64,000 bases of DNA from Dipteris shenzhenensis (lineage: Eukaryota): the NCBI GenBank assembly GCA_047967505.1, contig CM106538.1. One strand, 5' to 3'. The translations under genes were made by a program, and so were the position numbers. This document shows, piece after piece, positions 37,906 to 51,500 of the stretch (position 1 is its first letter; every line of letters begins with the position of its first letter). The notes below the pieces were generated by a model that did not search any database, was not told the DNA's origin, and saw nothing but the letters and a program-made list of their open reading frames with translations.

Positions 37906-38224
37906 TGCGACTATTAGAGAATTTCATCTCCCTCAAACTAAGAAAGTTAATAATTTAGTCACTCTGTCCCACCTGAATGACAAAGCCTAGTGCAAGATGT
38001 TTGGAGTACTTTTTTGAATATCTATTTGAAATATTCATGTGTGTAAAGAAAGATCTTGAAGAGATTTGATAGCTCAAACTTATTGCAGAAGCTCAATCAG
38101 CAATTGGCTCTTGGAACATAATGGTTCTTGGAAAATAAAATCCTATTAGTTAGTCTTCCCTCCCAAGCCAATTAACGTAAGTTAGTAATGCCCGCTCGTT
38201 AATACGCTCAATTAACCTAAGCTT

Positions 38225-38575
38225 TTCTCTCCCCCCTCCCCTGTGCCTCCCCCTTCCTGCTCTCCCTCTCCCTCTCCCTCCCTCCCCCTCTACCGCTACC
38301 TATCCTTCACCTCTCCCACCTCTCAGCCACTCGCTTGCTCCCTCTTAGCCTCTCCCTCCCTCGCTCCCTCTCAACCTCTCGCTCCCTCTCCACCTCTCCC
38401 TCCTTGCTCCCTCTTCCTCTACTCATCCCCCTCCCTAACCTCCTCTCGCTCCCTCTCTGCGTCTCCTTCCCTTGCTCCCTCTCAACCTTTGGCTCCCTCT
38501 CCGCCTCTCCCTCCTTGCTCCCGCTGCCTCTCAGCCTCACGCTCCCTCCTGCTGCCCCCTGCTCTTGTTGTCTCC
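38225..38575. repeat. CT-rich low-complexity / imperfect tandem repeat
   Basis: cttgctccctctc..cctctccctcc units. Confidence 0.8.
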
Positions 38576-39458
38576 CTTTGATATATTTCGAAAGATGAGA
38601 AGGGGAGAAGGAAGATTGAAAGGGAGTGGAGAAATGAATGCAAGCGATCAAGAAGAGCGCAGGGAGTGCACGGAAGAAGAGAGCACAAGGTGCCCAAGAA
38701 TTTTGGGGGTGGAGAAGAAGGGTATGGGCAAAACTTTTGAGTTGCTAGATTTTTTGGGGAGCTATTCGTGATCATGCGCCAGAAGGAGCTAGAACAATCG
38801 AAAATGACAGGGATTAAAATTTCACATCGAACTTAGGTTAATTGGATCTGCATGATTTGGGGATGGGATAACTTCCTTTAATCGCATTCATTTGAACTAG
38901 GGAGGGAACTAATAAATTGAAGTTTGATTAAAAGTTCTCTAAGGGACATATTTGACATATTTCACCTCATCCCACCATTATTTTCTATTGAATTCACAAC
39001 TAGAACAAGAGTCTACTGGCACATTTTTGAATATCTACTTGATATTTTTGAAAATTGCCCACGTCACTATTTCAACATTCTTTCAAAATATAATCATACC
39101 TTCATTTTGTAGAAGGATATAAATACACAAGGGCAAGTTACTTGATATTTTGAAAATTGCCCACATCACTCTTTCAACATTCTTTCGAAATGTAATCATA
39201 CCTTCATTTTGTTGTAGGATATAAATACTCCAAGGCAAGTACCCCTTGTCTTTCGTCTTTCCCCACACCATCTTGTTGATCTCATTCGTTCTTTTACTTC
39301 ATTTCCTAAAGTTTTTTTTGGCCTGCCCAAAGGTTAGGTCTTAGTAATGAAATCACGTCCAAGAAACTAAATTAAAGAGGTTTTTTCAAAAGATCAATGG
39401 GGTTTTTATGCAGCACAAGAGACGATATCTGCTTGAATTTCACCAATTTCTAAGAATT

Positions 39459-40000
39459 TCAAGAAGATGTGTCCTCTCTCTCTTTTTCATCCATATTCGT
39501 CTTCTCCTTTCTCTTTCTATGTCCAACTGTGTGTTCACGTTGCCTTCTTCCTCCTCCCTCTCACCATCCTTCTCACTCCCACGACTTTCTTTCATCTCCG
39601 TCCTCTTCACCTCCCCACCTTCAAAAGCCTGCCCAAGGCAGGCCCATTGAATGGAATCCACTCTTGTTACTAAAAAGTCTAAGATTGTTGAATTTTTTGT
39701 ACTACTATTTGCAATATTCATGTGGCTATTCAAGAAGATGTGTCCTCTCTCTCTTTTTCATCCATATTCGTCTTCTCCTTTCTCTTTCTATGTCCAACTG
39801 TGTGTTCACGTTGCCTTCTTCCTCCTCCCTCTCACCATCCTTCTCACTCCCACGACTTTCTTTCATCTCCGTCCTCTTCACCTCCCCACCTTCAAAAGCC
39901 TGCCCAAGGCAGGCCCATTGAATGGAATCCACTCTTGTTACTAAAAAGTCTAAGATTGTTGAAATTTTTGTGCTACTATTTGCAATATTCATGTGGCTAA
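39459..40000. repeat. Tandem duplication, 2 x 271 bp, nearly identical
   Basis: ttcaagaagatgtgtcctctc...gcaatattcatgtggcta occurs twice. Confidence 0.95.
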
Positions 40001-40529
40001 AGAAAGACCTTGAAGATATGCTAGCTGAATTTAATTGCCAAAGCTGAGTTAGCAATTTAGTCACCTCAACCAATAGTTATTCTATTGAAATGACTACTGA
40101 TACAAGAATGTACAGGCACACTTTTGAATATCTACTTCATATTTAGAAAATTGCCCACATCACTATCTCAACACTCTTTCGAAATGTAACCATACCTTAA
40201 TTTTGTATAACTATATAAATACACCTCGTCTGTACTCTTTCCTGACAACATTCTGCTTTACTCTTTCCCAACGACGTTCTGTCGATGATATCTCATTGAT
40301 TCTTTACTTCATTCCCTATCGGTTTTTTTACTAAGTCTTTAAGATTGTTGACTTTTGTAGTTACCTAAAGGCTAGTTTGCTCATCTTCAACAAATTGGCT
40401 TGAATAAAGCACTCAACCCTCAATCACAGCAGTCTAGCCAGCAGAAAATTCCATATGATAAAAATCAAAGAAACTTATAATAAACCCCTCCCTTTTTCCC
40501 ATATATCTCGTCTAATCTCAGCAGATGGA

Positions 40530-41025
40530 ACCACATTTTCTCAACAGCGCTATACAAAGCCTTTGAGTGTATATAACATTTGGCCTACAACAGCAGCTAG
40601 CATATTACTAATGATCACTGGCCAGGTGTCAAAGACATTGGCTAAATTGTCCCTATGGAGGATAGCAAAATGAATGCAACCACATTTTCTCAACAGTGCT
40701 ATACAAAGCCTTTGAGTGTAAATAACATTTGGCCTACAACAGCAGCTAGCATATTACTAATGATCACTGGCTAGGTGTCAAAGACATTGGCTAAATTGTC
40801 CCTTTGCAGGATAGCAAAATGAAAGAAGGCAGAGTATTGCCACAACTTCCCACAAACTGCCAATACAAAGCCTTTGAGTGTAAATAACATTTGGCCTACA
40901 ACAGCAGCTACCACATTACTAATGATCACTGGCTAGGTGTCATAGACATTGGCTGAATTGTCCCTTTGCAGGATAGCAAAATGAAAGAAGGCAGAGTATT
41001 GCCAGAACTTCACACAAACTGCCAA
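40530..41025. repeat. Three tandem copies of a ~150-180-bp unit
   Basis: tacaaagcctttgagtgta..taacatttggcctacaacagcagcta at ~40553, ~40701 and ~40864. Confidence 0.9.
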
Positions 41026-43509
41026 CCTTTTCAAGGGTAACGTGCATGGAATTTCCCCACATGCATGGACAGAACTGGAGTGAAACTGGGACGAAATCCA
41101 GCCACCATAGCATGTGAGCTGGTTAATTGTACAAGGATCTATCCACTTTAGCACAGTACTGCCACAATTTTAGTTAGAAGGGCTTTCTCGAGTGAACTGT
41201 ACGAACTGCAGATTAAAACATGCTCGAGTAGACACGAGAATGATAACCTAGGACACATGTATTGTTCCCTGAGACAACAAATTGCACACGAATCTAACAT
41301 CCACTGTAATCACAGCTTGCCCCATGTACACCTCCTGAGGACTAGTCCTGATCATCGTCTTTTCCACCATGTGGGAAAAATAGGATAATTGCCAATAATT
41401 GCCAGGAGTCCAGAATATACTAAAGTGCTTTCCAAGATAGTTGCTTTCCAGAATACACATCGACTGCCAGGGGTCCAGGACACACTATAGTGCTTTCCAA
41501 GATAAAGCAACTACAAATAGCAAGGGAAAAAATTAGCAAGCAGTCACTAAGCTTCTACACTCCATGTGGTATCTTCCAGACCTAAACACTCTCAAACAGA
41601 ATAGTTGCACCTACCCAGAAACTGCCTGAAATCCAGAGTGCAAAGTATGAACTGCATGCATAACACAATTGGGAGGACAGGTACATACTCTAGAGAGGAA
41701 GAGTGTATTGTTTCTTAGAGAGCACAAACAAAAGATGAATCAAACTAACTGTAATCATAATGTACATACCTCCTGAAAGCTCCTGGCAGAAATGGAATCA
41801 GCAAGCACTTACAAGGATATCCAGAACACACTTGGAGCAAAAGGGGGAAAAAACACTAGTCATCAAGCTAGTATTTTCTCACTCCTCATGTTAGGCTGTT
41901 TGAAGTAGGGCACAAGTATTCTGTCTCGCCTGTGAGATTGTACATGATGTATAGATCTGGAAGGTCATACATGAGGTGTATGTGCCTGGACTAAGAGCAC
42001 AAACCATTTCTTATACTAGTCTACTAGAGTACAAGATCCACTACCCGATAAAACCTGTCTGTGAAGTGCCCAGCTTTCAGCTGTTCTTCAGACTCTCAAA
42101 TTTCCTAGTTCACTAAACATACTGAATACTTAGTATGCACACTCACCTTCATGATGTAATGTTTCGAGTTTCTAGACGTCTCAAAGGAGGAACAAACAAA
42201 TTTTCACGAGCTGCTAATAAAGAGCATCTGTCTCACATCTAGCTCCCTAGCTTAGATGACAATGAGCCTTCTACAATAAATTTACAGATTCAATTTGAAC
42301 AATAGTTAGCACTAAGATCCTTCCAAATGCCAGAGAGAACAGAGTCCAATTAAAGTGGAGTCATGGCCAGCAAAACTTCTATTCATGTATTGACATTGCC
42401 ATAGCTCAATTTCGATATATGACCTTGCTGGGCATTGATTCTAAGCACTGTCACAATATTGATTGCCAGTACTTCCCCATGGCATATGACCTTTCTAAGC
42501 ACTCTGTCACAATTTTGATTACACGTACTCCCCTATGTGTGACTTAAAGTGAACCTGATATGTAGAGCTAAACGTGGTTGGATCTGGCACACTTATCTAT
42601 ACCTTCAAAAGACATAGAATAAATCCAATCTTACAGATTAATTTTTTAGAAAAGAATAAATCCAATCTTACAGATTAAAACATTCAAGGAAACAAGCAAA
42701 AGAACAAGGAAAAAAGGGAGTTTGAAAGCAACATTAAACTAAATTATGAGTGAATGAGATTTAAGATAAAGACAAAAGAACTACACTTATATTCTCGTCA
42801 GTACCCAAGCACAAGCTGCCAATTGGGATCCAAAACATTCAAAACTCTACCACATGTACATTAGTTATCAAGCTTTAATCACGCTTAGCATATTTACATT
42901 CTTTATCAACTGTTCAGCACATACATCATGAATTTCTACAAAGCATCTAGAACTTGCATGCAGATAAGAATACCTGACACAAGTCCACTAGGGAATAACG
43001 CATATAAAATATAAAATATCAGAAAAAAGTATATAACGAGAAGGACTCAATTTAAAAGCAACATTCATTTAATGCCCAATGGGCTAACTGCTGCTAATGT
43101 ACAGTCTTTCCAATCACATTTCACGCCTATAAATCCTGTATAATTAGCCGGTGAAAGACATTAAACATTACTTGGCAACACCGAGATAATTATGTACGGA
43201 ACAACAGCAGAGAAAATGTACAAGTGATCTCATGATCAAGTCCAACTATCGGACTCACTTGGAAGATTTTTCATCACTTGGCAACTTTCCGCTAGCTTCT
43301 TAAAAGTGCTTTGTTCTGTTTTCATCTGACAGAGAACGGGCTACAGCTGCAACTACCATAGACTGATTTACACAAGAATTTAAACTCCTGGAACGAGGAC
43401 GTCAAAAGCCTAACTCTGCCTCTGATGTTCCCTCCCCTCAAAATTTCTTTACAGACAAGGTATTTAACTAAAGTCCTGCCTGGAAAACGTAAAGCAATCC
43501 TGGGGAAAC

Positions 43510-44682
43510 TTAGAAAAAGTCCCGCCTGGAGGCAGCAGGTCTTTCTCCAGCAAGGTTCACTCGAATAGGTCGCCCTTCCACCTCCTGCATTGCAGAACGT
43601 AAAAAGAGTGAGTTTTGAGATTTTATGAAGTACGAAATACCAGATAAAAGGGGCAGACATGAATAGGTAGCCAATCTCACCGCTCCATCCATGTTATTGA
43701 TTGCCTCGTTCACTTCGGTCTCGGAAGACAAGGTGACAAACCCAAAACCCCGGGACCGTCCAGACTCCCGGTCATACACTATTTTTGCCTCCACCACTTT
43801 GCCGTGTTCACTGAACAGTTGTTCTAGAGACACGTCATCAAAGCCCCACGGCAAGTTCCCTACAAATAACTTGTTGGTATTCGATGAAGGGCCAAACTCG
43901 GTGCGAGGGCGAGGAGGAGCATCCCCCCTGGATCGATCGGGAAAGTTGACTCTCAGAGTTCTGCCTCCGTAATCCTGCACAAAAGATCTGCAGTTGAGAA
44001 TGGAGACCCAACAACACACAGAGAGCACCCTTGCACTGCAGCAAGTGAGTAGAGTAAGCAGATACATACAGCTCCGTCGAGCTGGTTCACCGCCGCGGTA
44101 GCATCCTCCATGGAAGTCATTGTCACAAAGCCAAAACCGCGGCTTCTTCCTGTTTCCCTATCATATATGACCTGCCAAATATTGAGAGCGTAAATAAACG
44201 AGCAGTAGGGAAAACATAGCAGCAAATAACATCCACTTCACAGCAGGAGACGGACGGCATATCGAAATACAACACCAAGGACGCAAGGCACCTACCTCGA
44301 CCATCTCAACACTGCCAACCTTCTGGAAAACATCAGCCAGCTCCTGGCTATTGCAGCTCCAGGGCAGGTTCCCGACGTAGAGCTTGGGGCCCTCGGGAGG
44401 CGAGCTGGGGGCACCGAACTCGGGCTCTTCGGTGCCAAACTCGGGGGTCTCGGACTCCATCTCTTCCTCTTCGGTGGTGAGGTCAGCGCGGGCAAAGGAG
44501 GGGAAGGAGCGGGGACGTTTGGAGAGGGCGAAGGAACGGGAGAGGGAGAGGGAGAGGCTATGGGAGGGGGAGCGGAGGCGGAAAAGGAGGCAATCAGGGC
44601 GGGGGGAGGAGTGGGAGGGGGAGAGGGAGCCATTGGAGAGGGAGATGGAGGAGGAGGAGGAGGTGAGGCAAGAGGAAGCCAT
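43510..44682 (-). CDS. Chloroplast RNA-binding ribonucleoprotein (cpRNP, CP29/CP31-like), 285 aa; exons 44682-44296, 44171-44070, 43974-43681, 43584-43510
   Basis: Ser-rich transit peptide, acidic linker, RRM1 (KLYVGNL, RGFGFV), RRM2 (KLFVGNL, RGFGFV). Three GT-AG introns, all phase 0; exons of 387, 102, 294 and 75 nt join into an open frame ending in TAA. Confidence 0.96.
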
Positions 44683-47489
44683 GGATATGGATATGGCGAG
44701 GAGACCTAAACCTAGCTATGGAGGAAGGAAGCTCAAAAGAAAAAGGCTCTCCAAAAGAGAGAGAGAAAGACTTTGAAGATTTACAGCCTTCCTTTTGATA
44801 AGTCCTCCCCGGATAGGGCTGCCTTCCCAATCCCCCCCCCCCAAAACCCATTTGTAGAAGATGACCTCCCCTCCGTCCGATCCCCCCCCTCCCCTACGCC
44901 CCCGATCCCCCCACGTGTCCCCCCTCCCACTTGCCCTTCTGGATAGCCCTCCTCCACCCCCCCCCCTCATTTCAACAAACCATTTTTTTCCCTCCATTTT
45001 CTTACCATTCCAACACATAATAAAAAGGACATAGGGCACCTATTCCACAGGACAGGATTCCATTTCTTTTAGCAAACGCTTGCCTTGCACACATACTACT
45101 CTCCTTTGCAATAGATCTTTCTCCCATAGTTGTGTTGCCTCACGGCCTTTACACACACAGAGTGTCTCTCAACCCACCAAGCCACTCCTACACGCACGAG
45201 CTGCAACATGCCTTACAACGATTCAATTCCTCATTCCCTGTGTGGTTGGACATGCATCGGCAGCCACAACCCCTTGTCCAAGCATATGGGCAAGGGCTCC
45301 GTTCACGATATTTGGTTAATGTCATGCAGCTCTTAGGGCTTCAACCTACTCTTTTCATCACAAGAGGGCACAAACCGGCTCGACAATGTGTATCGATCCC
45401 CTACCTGCCGACAAGGGGAAAATCATCGCTTTGGTTGGCAAGGGCTTGGTCTGTAAACACCCACACCTCCAATCCATACAAACTTGTCCCAACCGATAGG
45501 CATGGGCTTGGTCTATAAACACCCACACCTCCAATCCGTACAAACTTGTCCCAACCCTCACCACCTTCATCTTTCAGTTCATTTTTTTCCATTGTTAACA
45601 CATACAACACGACAAGAGGCATCCTTGTCATTGTAGCAACTAACTTACATGAAAGAGCACAGTCACTAACCCTATAATGCCTAATTCCAAGCCATAAACC
45701 CCCCTTCCCCCCTAAAATGCATCCTTTTTTCTCCAATCTCACACACACACACACACACATGCACGTATGTGCGTGCATGCCTGCACAACAAAGAAAGCGC
45801 ACCCATTTGGCTAACAACCTCCTAATGGAGGTTTGACGCCTAGTTCAAATAGGTCTAGGTTTATTAGTGGGTCCGTATTCATACTTTTCTTATTTTGCAA
45901 ATTCAAAATGTGAAGCCTTGTCCTCATGTTGGGGGAGAAGGATGACATGTGGTATGCTGATGAATAGTGCAATCATTACCAATAATGATAACTCCTCATA
46001 TATCGTGCTACAATGTGTGAGACGAGCAAACCAATTTTTTGGACATTTTGTTAAGCTCTTGTGTATTGGAAACTTTGCAAATCTCAAGATAGAGAATCTA
46101 TCTTTATGGCCCTACACCTTGCATGGTGTACTACAACACAAACTTTAGAGTGGGATTTGTGTGACTACTTGTGGTCTGTGACCATCGATGATGATAGCTC
46201 AGCAATACCATGGATGACTAGAGTCCCAAGCTTCTAAGTGTGCTATCCATTCCAACTAACATGAAAATTTAAGCCCCAAGCTTCTAAGTGTGCTATCCAT
46301 TCCAACTAACATGAAAAAGCTAAAAGATTAACCATTGTCTCACTGATAGTAAAGCATAGTGCCATTGCGGTTAGGTATGTCCCCTCTTCTTTATGTACTC
46401 AATAATCCAATCCATCTAATCAAGGAGTGTGCCACTACTCACAAAATATATATATAACTTTTCCAACTTCATGACCACAACCACAAAGTGTAATGATTAA
46501 AGCCTTCAAGTTCTTTAAAGATAAGGGAATAGTAACGGTTGCAAATCAAATTAAGAGATAGTGTTACAAAGTGTTCCTCATTGTCTTGACATAGTCCCAT
46601 TTTGAGTGATGCTTGATATTCTAGAGATCTATCAAGGAATCGCACCAAATAGTAGATGGCAAAAGAAGAGAGCACTTCTCAATGAAAGCTAGTTACATTC
46701 TTACTAAGAAAAGCACTTATGTTAAGAGTATTTCTAGTGAATGAATATGATAGGTGGTCGTTGAGCGTACATTGCTCATCTTAGGCATGTGGATATTTTA
46801 TATTGAAAAGTAGATCATTACAGGCTAGAACCCAAATTGATAGCCATGTAACATGTGGTAGGCCAAGATGTAAAGTATGAGAGTATCTTGAAAATAAGAA
46901 AGGTGATGGTAATGCATATATCAAAGGAATAATTATAGCAATCTAGATTAGATAAAACAAACCACCACACCTTCTTTCACCTCATTCTTCCTCATTGGCA
47001 AGAGCACTCAACAGAGACATAGTCAAAGGATGTTCATTAAGACCAATGCTGAATCAATGCACCAACCCTTATACACATGCATGTGAAGATGTGCAAGACT
47101 CTTTGCATGGAGGACACACACGCATGCAAACACACACAGAAGTATATGCTCCTTCTTCCGAATATTGTTACCTATAGTATAATGGTTGGAGGATTGCACA
47201 AAATCCAATATTGTTACCTATAGTATTACGGTTGGAGGATTGCACAAAATCCAAAAAGAAGTGCTATTTGCCCAGTAAGCAATTTGGAAGATATTGACTA
47301 TTTGCTTTTAATACAATCACAAATAAGCTTATTTGTTGAGTTTGGATTGTCCCTCTATCAGTGTAGAGCAGCCTATGAGGGTGACTCAACATTGGCATCT
47401 TGATCCTATTAATGCCCTACGAAGGTTTGGCAACCCTTTTTTTTTTTAAATTAACAAAAAGAGATATATATATTAACAAAAAAAGGGGG

Positions 47490-50400
47490 GGTCAGTCCTA
47501 GACCTCAAGACCTTGTACAAAAATTGGTCATGAAGGGGGACAAGCCCTTGACCTACGCTGCATGCAGCACTACTCTACCACTAGATTGTCTTTGACTGCT
47601 AGCAGGCCCGTGCTGATCACTAGGTCTTTGGAGGCGACTATAGTAGCAAAGTCTTTCAGCAGGGTCTTCACTTTTCTCACAATTACCGTCTCCCTATGGC
47701 CAATGCTAATAGCCTGGTGGAAGACTATGTTGTTACGGGTTTCCCAGATGGCCATGAGGCCGACCGCGTGGAAATACGGCCAAGACGGCAAGGGTGGACG
47801 GGAGTTTGGAGCTATCACCGAGCAAAGCTCTGCGCCAGTTGGATCCGATGAAGAACTTGGCCATGAGACCTGCCTTTCGCACTGCCGCTTCTAATTTGTA
47901 CGACATCTGTCTAGCGGCCATGCTGCTCCATAGTGTATGCGAGATGAGCTCCTTCACTTTGCCACACAGCGGGTAGGAGGGATTCACGTTCATTCATTTT
48001 TCTAGTTGACCCCTGAGAGGGAGCCATTGCCACACAATTTTCCACAGGAGGAATCGGGCTTTCCTGATCTTACAGCTCTTCTAGATCTCCTAGAATCTAG
48101 CCCGCCACCATTTATGTCCCCTCGTGAGCATCCAAATCCGATTCAGCTCCTTCAACGGGACTAAGCCGTTCTTTTGCGTGATATCTTGGATAGTTGAACC
48201 CCATCAAGGCTCCACTAGGACGCTTGATGGTTTGGGGTGACTATGTAGTTTGAGGGCCAGTCCTAAGGAATCCTTTCAAGCACTGCAGTCATATGATCTT
48301 TCTCCCCCTGGGTAAGGTATAATTTTTTGTTGAGGGTATTAACGGGGAGCCAGTCGGCTTTTTTGTCATCCTAGATGTCATGCCAAACATTTACTCCTTT
48401 TTTGAACAAATTCTTGGCGGTGCAGGTGATGTCGTGCCAACCGAATGCTTCCCCCTCACTTTTGAACGCCAAGCCCCACCAAATTGATGAGACTGGCATC
48501 ACCACGGAGGCCTTTCTTGCAACTCCACACAAGGTGCTTGACACAAATCTTTTAGGCATCAACAACGCCTCGGGCTAGGTCTAAGCTCGCAATTTTCAGG
48601 GGAAATAAGAGACCAGCTTATCATACTAATTCATCCCGGGCCATGTCCGGACACCTTTGCCTAAGCCTTGCTCTATGAAATATTTCATGATTTCAACCCA
48701 TGGGGGGGATTCGGTGAAAAGCCTAGGGAGCCATTTGCTTATGAGGGCAATCAATTTCATCCCTACATCAGGGAGGCCAAGTCCACCTTGTATCTTTGAG
48801 AGTTTCATCCCGTCCCATGCATTTGTTTCTTCTTGTCCTCAGCAGCCCAGAGGAATGCCCGTAGCATCCTTTCTATCTCCAGCCAATGGGTTTTCTTGAA
48901 GTTCCAGATTGTGGACACATACATAGTCATGGGAGCAAGGACGTGTTGAACTATGAGGAACCAGGCATTCCAACCCATGGGGAGCCCGTGCCAGGCCCTA
49001 AGCTTGGCTTTGACCTTCTCCTTAAACCAATGGAAGTGTTGGCGGAGGGTGCATCCCACCCCGAGGGGGGCTTCGAGGTATCTGGCAACTTCTCCTCTTA
49101 AGACTTGTTGTATCTGGAGAGTGCTAAGCCACTCGGGGGGTGGGCCGTTTGCAGTGCGTATGACAAAGGTTTTCACCCAGTTGCATTTAAAGCCCGAGGC
49201 AATGTAGAAGCATTCCATAGCTTGCATTAGGTGGCAAACACTTTGTTCATCTTCGATCATGATAGCCATGGTGTCATCTACAAGCAGGTGAGCGGCTAGG
49301 TTGTGACTCCTGAGGGGAGCATCAGGCCTTTGATTCGGCCAAAGGTTTCACCTTGCTTGAGGAGGTGGATCAGAGGGATTGTGGCAAGAGCAAACATAAG
49401 GGGAGCGAGTGGACAGCCTTGCTGGACAGATCTCTTAAGGTCATATCGTCCCACCGCCCCGCCATTTAGACAAAGGATTGTCGAGGCATTGCCGAAAAGC
49501 AGTTTGACCATACTTATGAATCCTTGGCCAAATCCCAGCTTCTCAAGAATTGCCAGGAGGTAGTCCCAGCGGATTCGATCATATGCTTTCTTGAGATTGA
49601 TGCCGAAGAAGAGGGAGGGTTGCCCCGATTTGCTTGCATAGTCCATGGCAAGAGCAACATTCAGGATATTCTCGAAGAGGTCCCTGTTTTTTATGAAGCC
49701 GCCTCATGTATGGATTGGCTGATGACCGCCAAAGCACCGCCGAGACGTGCTCTATCCTGCTTCAATTCCCTATCCAGCTCTCTGGATTTTAAGTGCACCC
49801 GCATGGCTACTGCGTCCCAGAGGGAGGTCGGGTCTATGTCCTTGCAGTCTTCACGCAAAGCCTTCTTGATTTCGTAGTTGGCTCTCTTTGAGTTCAGTAG
49901 ATGATTGCTGAACACAAATGGGACATCTTTAGATCTCATCGTCTTGCATGGGAAGCTGAACCACCATGCGATGGGTAGATGGTCGGAGGTGCTAGTGCCG
50001 GTTACCACTTTTTCGTGCCTCGGGTTGTGCAGCCACCAACCTTCGTGAATCAGTCGAGCCTTGCTGCTCTGAAGTCTTCCCCCTTCCGACGGTTGGTCCA
50101 TGTGTGGCCATCTAGGGTGCCATCCGCTAGCTCTCTACAATCCACCAGCCCATGGGTGAGGCAAAGGTATTCCCAAGCATCTTTTTCTTCACCTGACCTG
50201 ACTGAGTTCAAATGAGTTCTGTCATTCAGGTCTTCGGTGAAGTTCCAATCTTCGACCACTAGAAAATGGTCCTCAAAAAGCTGCTCTTTGAGGGTCTTCC
50301 AGCATGCAGCATGCAAGGAAGAGTCGTTCAGCACATACACGCTTGCGACTGGCGAAGGAGATCCCGACATCCTTCACTTTGATAGCCAAAACATGACCCT

Positions 50401-51500
50401 CATTGTCATAATTACACTAATGCATTACAATTATCGGTACACTAATTGAAGAGGTCTAGTAGCTAGCTAGGAACGGAATGGAAATGTGGAAAGCATAATG
50501 AAAAGAAAAAATGGAAAGGAAATTAGATCGCAGCAGCCGCGCACATTCCAGAATACCACTGAGATACCCTTCAGCTCATCCGTCGACTGGGCTTTCCCGT
50601 CTTTTTTATTGGGAAATAGTTTTGTATGCATCTTTAATAAAGTTGAATATGTTCTCTTGGTGGGCTCCTGCGGACCTTGCCACCTCCTTGATTCGTTTGG
50701 AAAGACTGCGATTAGTAGTGCGAGCCTTCTCGATACTTGTAAGGTTCCACTCAAACACAATGAGTTCTCACCCAAGCAATGAGCCCCTTGGAAACTTTTA
50801 ATAATGGCAATAAATCCTTCCAACTTCATTAATAGAATCCTCAAGAATTAGTCCAAAGTTTCTCACCATAGCAATGGAATCCTTTTATTAGAGGAACAAG
50901 GGGTGATATTGTATATTATGTATAATTGGTGGCATCCCTTATAACCTCGGGAATCTACGTAATCATAGGCCATTGATGTCTCTGATAACCTTGAGTGTAG
51001 CATCTTCCAGGGTCCTCTTCTTATGATATGCTTCGGGGAGGGTCTCCTCACTAGCTTCGTTAACTGTGGCATGCTCAGGATGCATGTCGTCTGAGCTGCT
51101 CTCTTTGGGCTCATTGAGGAGGGGCTTGCTAGACGAGTGCTCACTGATGTTGAGGGAGTAGTCGCTAGAGTCTGAGTCCAAAACCACCACATTAGTTTTA
51201 TCTTTCTTTCCCACCATGGTTCTTGTCGGGTTGATGGGCCTGCTTTGGGATTGGTCTGAAGGGGAAGAGAGAAAGGGTCTCCAATAGGGTTGTCTATCAC
51301 ATGAATTTGTAGGAATGCAAGTATTGGCATTACAAAAGCATGTAGAGCAGGGGAACGATGAAATCAGGTTGGTGGAGCATTCGCTCCTAGCCACAAAGTT
51401 GATGGGGGTTTCATCATTTTGTTGTTGCCCCAAGTCACATGGAGTATTTGGAGAATCTTGTATAGGCTCATGAGTGAATAAGTACACATGATTCAATTAT
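47490..51500 (-). mobile_element. Degraded L1-type LINE (EN, partly deleted RT, zf-RVT)
   Basis: VVFWNVRG (~50540), DWNF, HTWTN, ARLD, SDHLPI, LKKAYDRIRW, VQQGCPLAP, LVDD, GGLGLPD, AIWETRNNIVF. A large deletion lies near 49690 and a small insertion at ~50380-50520. Confidence 0.9.

Noticed and set aside
38243-40073. Ser/Pro/Leu- or Glu/Arg-rich ORFs and a possible DNA transposon
   Set aside because: Low-complexity and duplicated sequence; I could not find TIRs, a TSD or a transposase.
44292-44851. Alternative-frame and antisense ORFs over cpRNP exon 1
   Set aside because: Shadow frames of a GC-rich exon.
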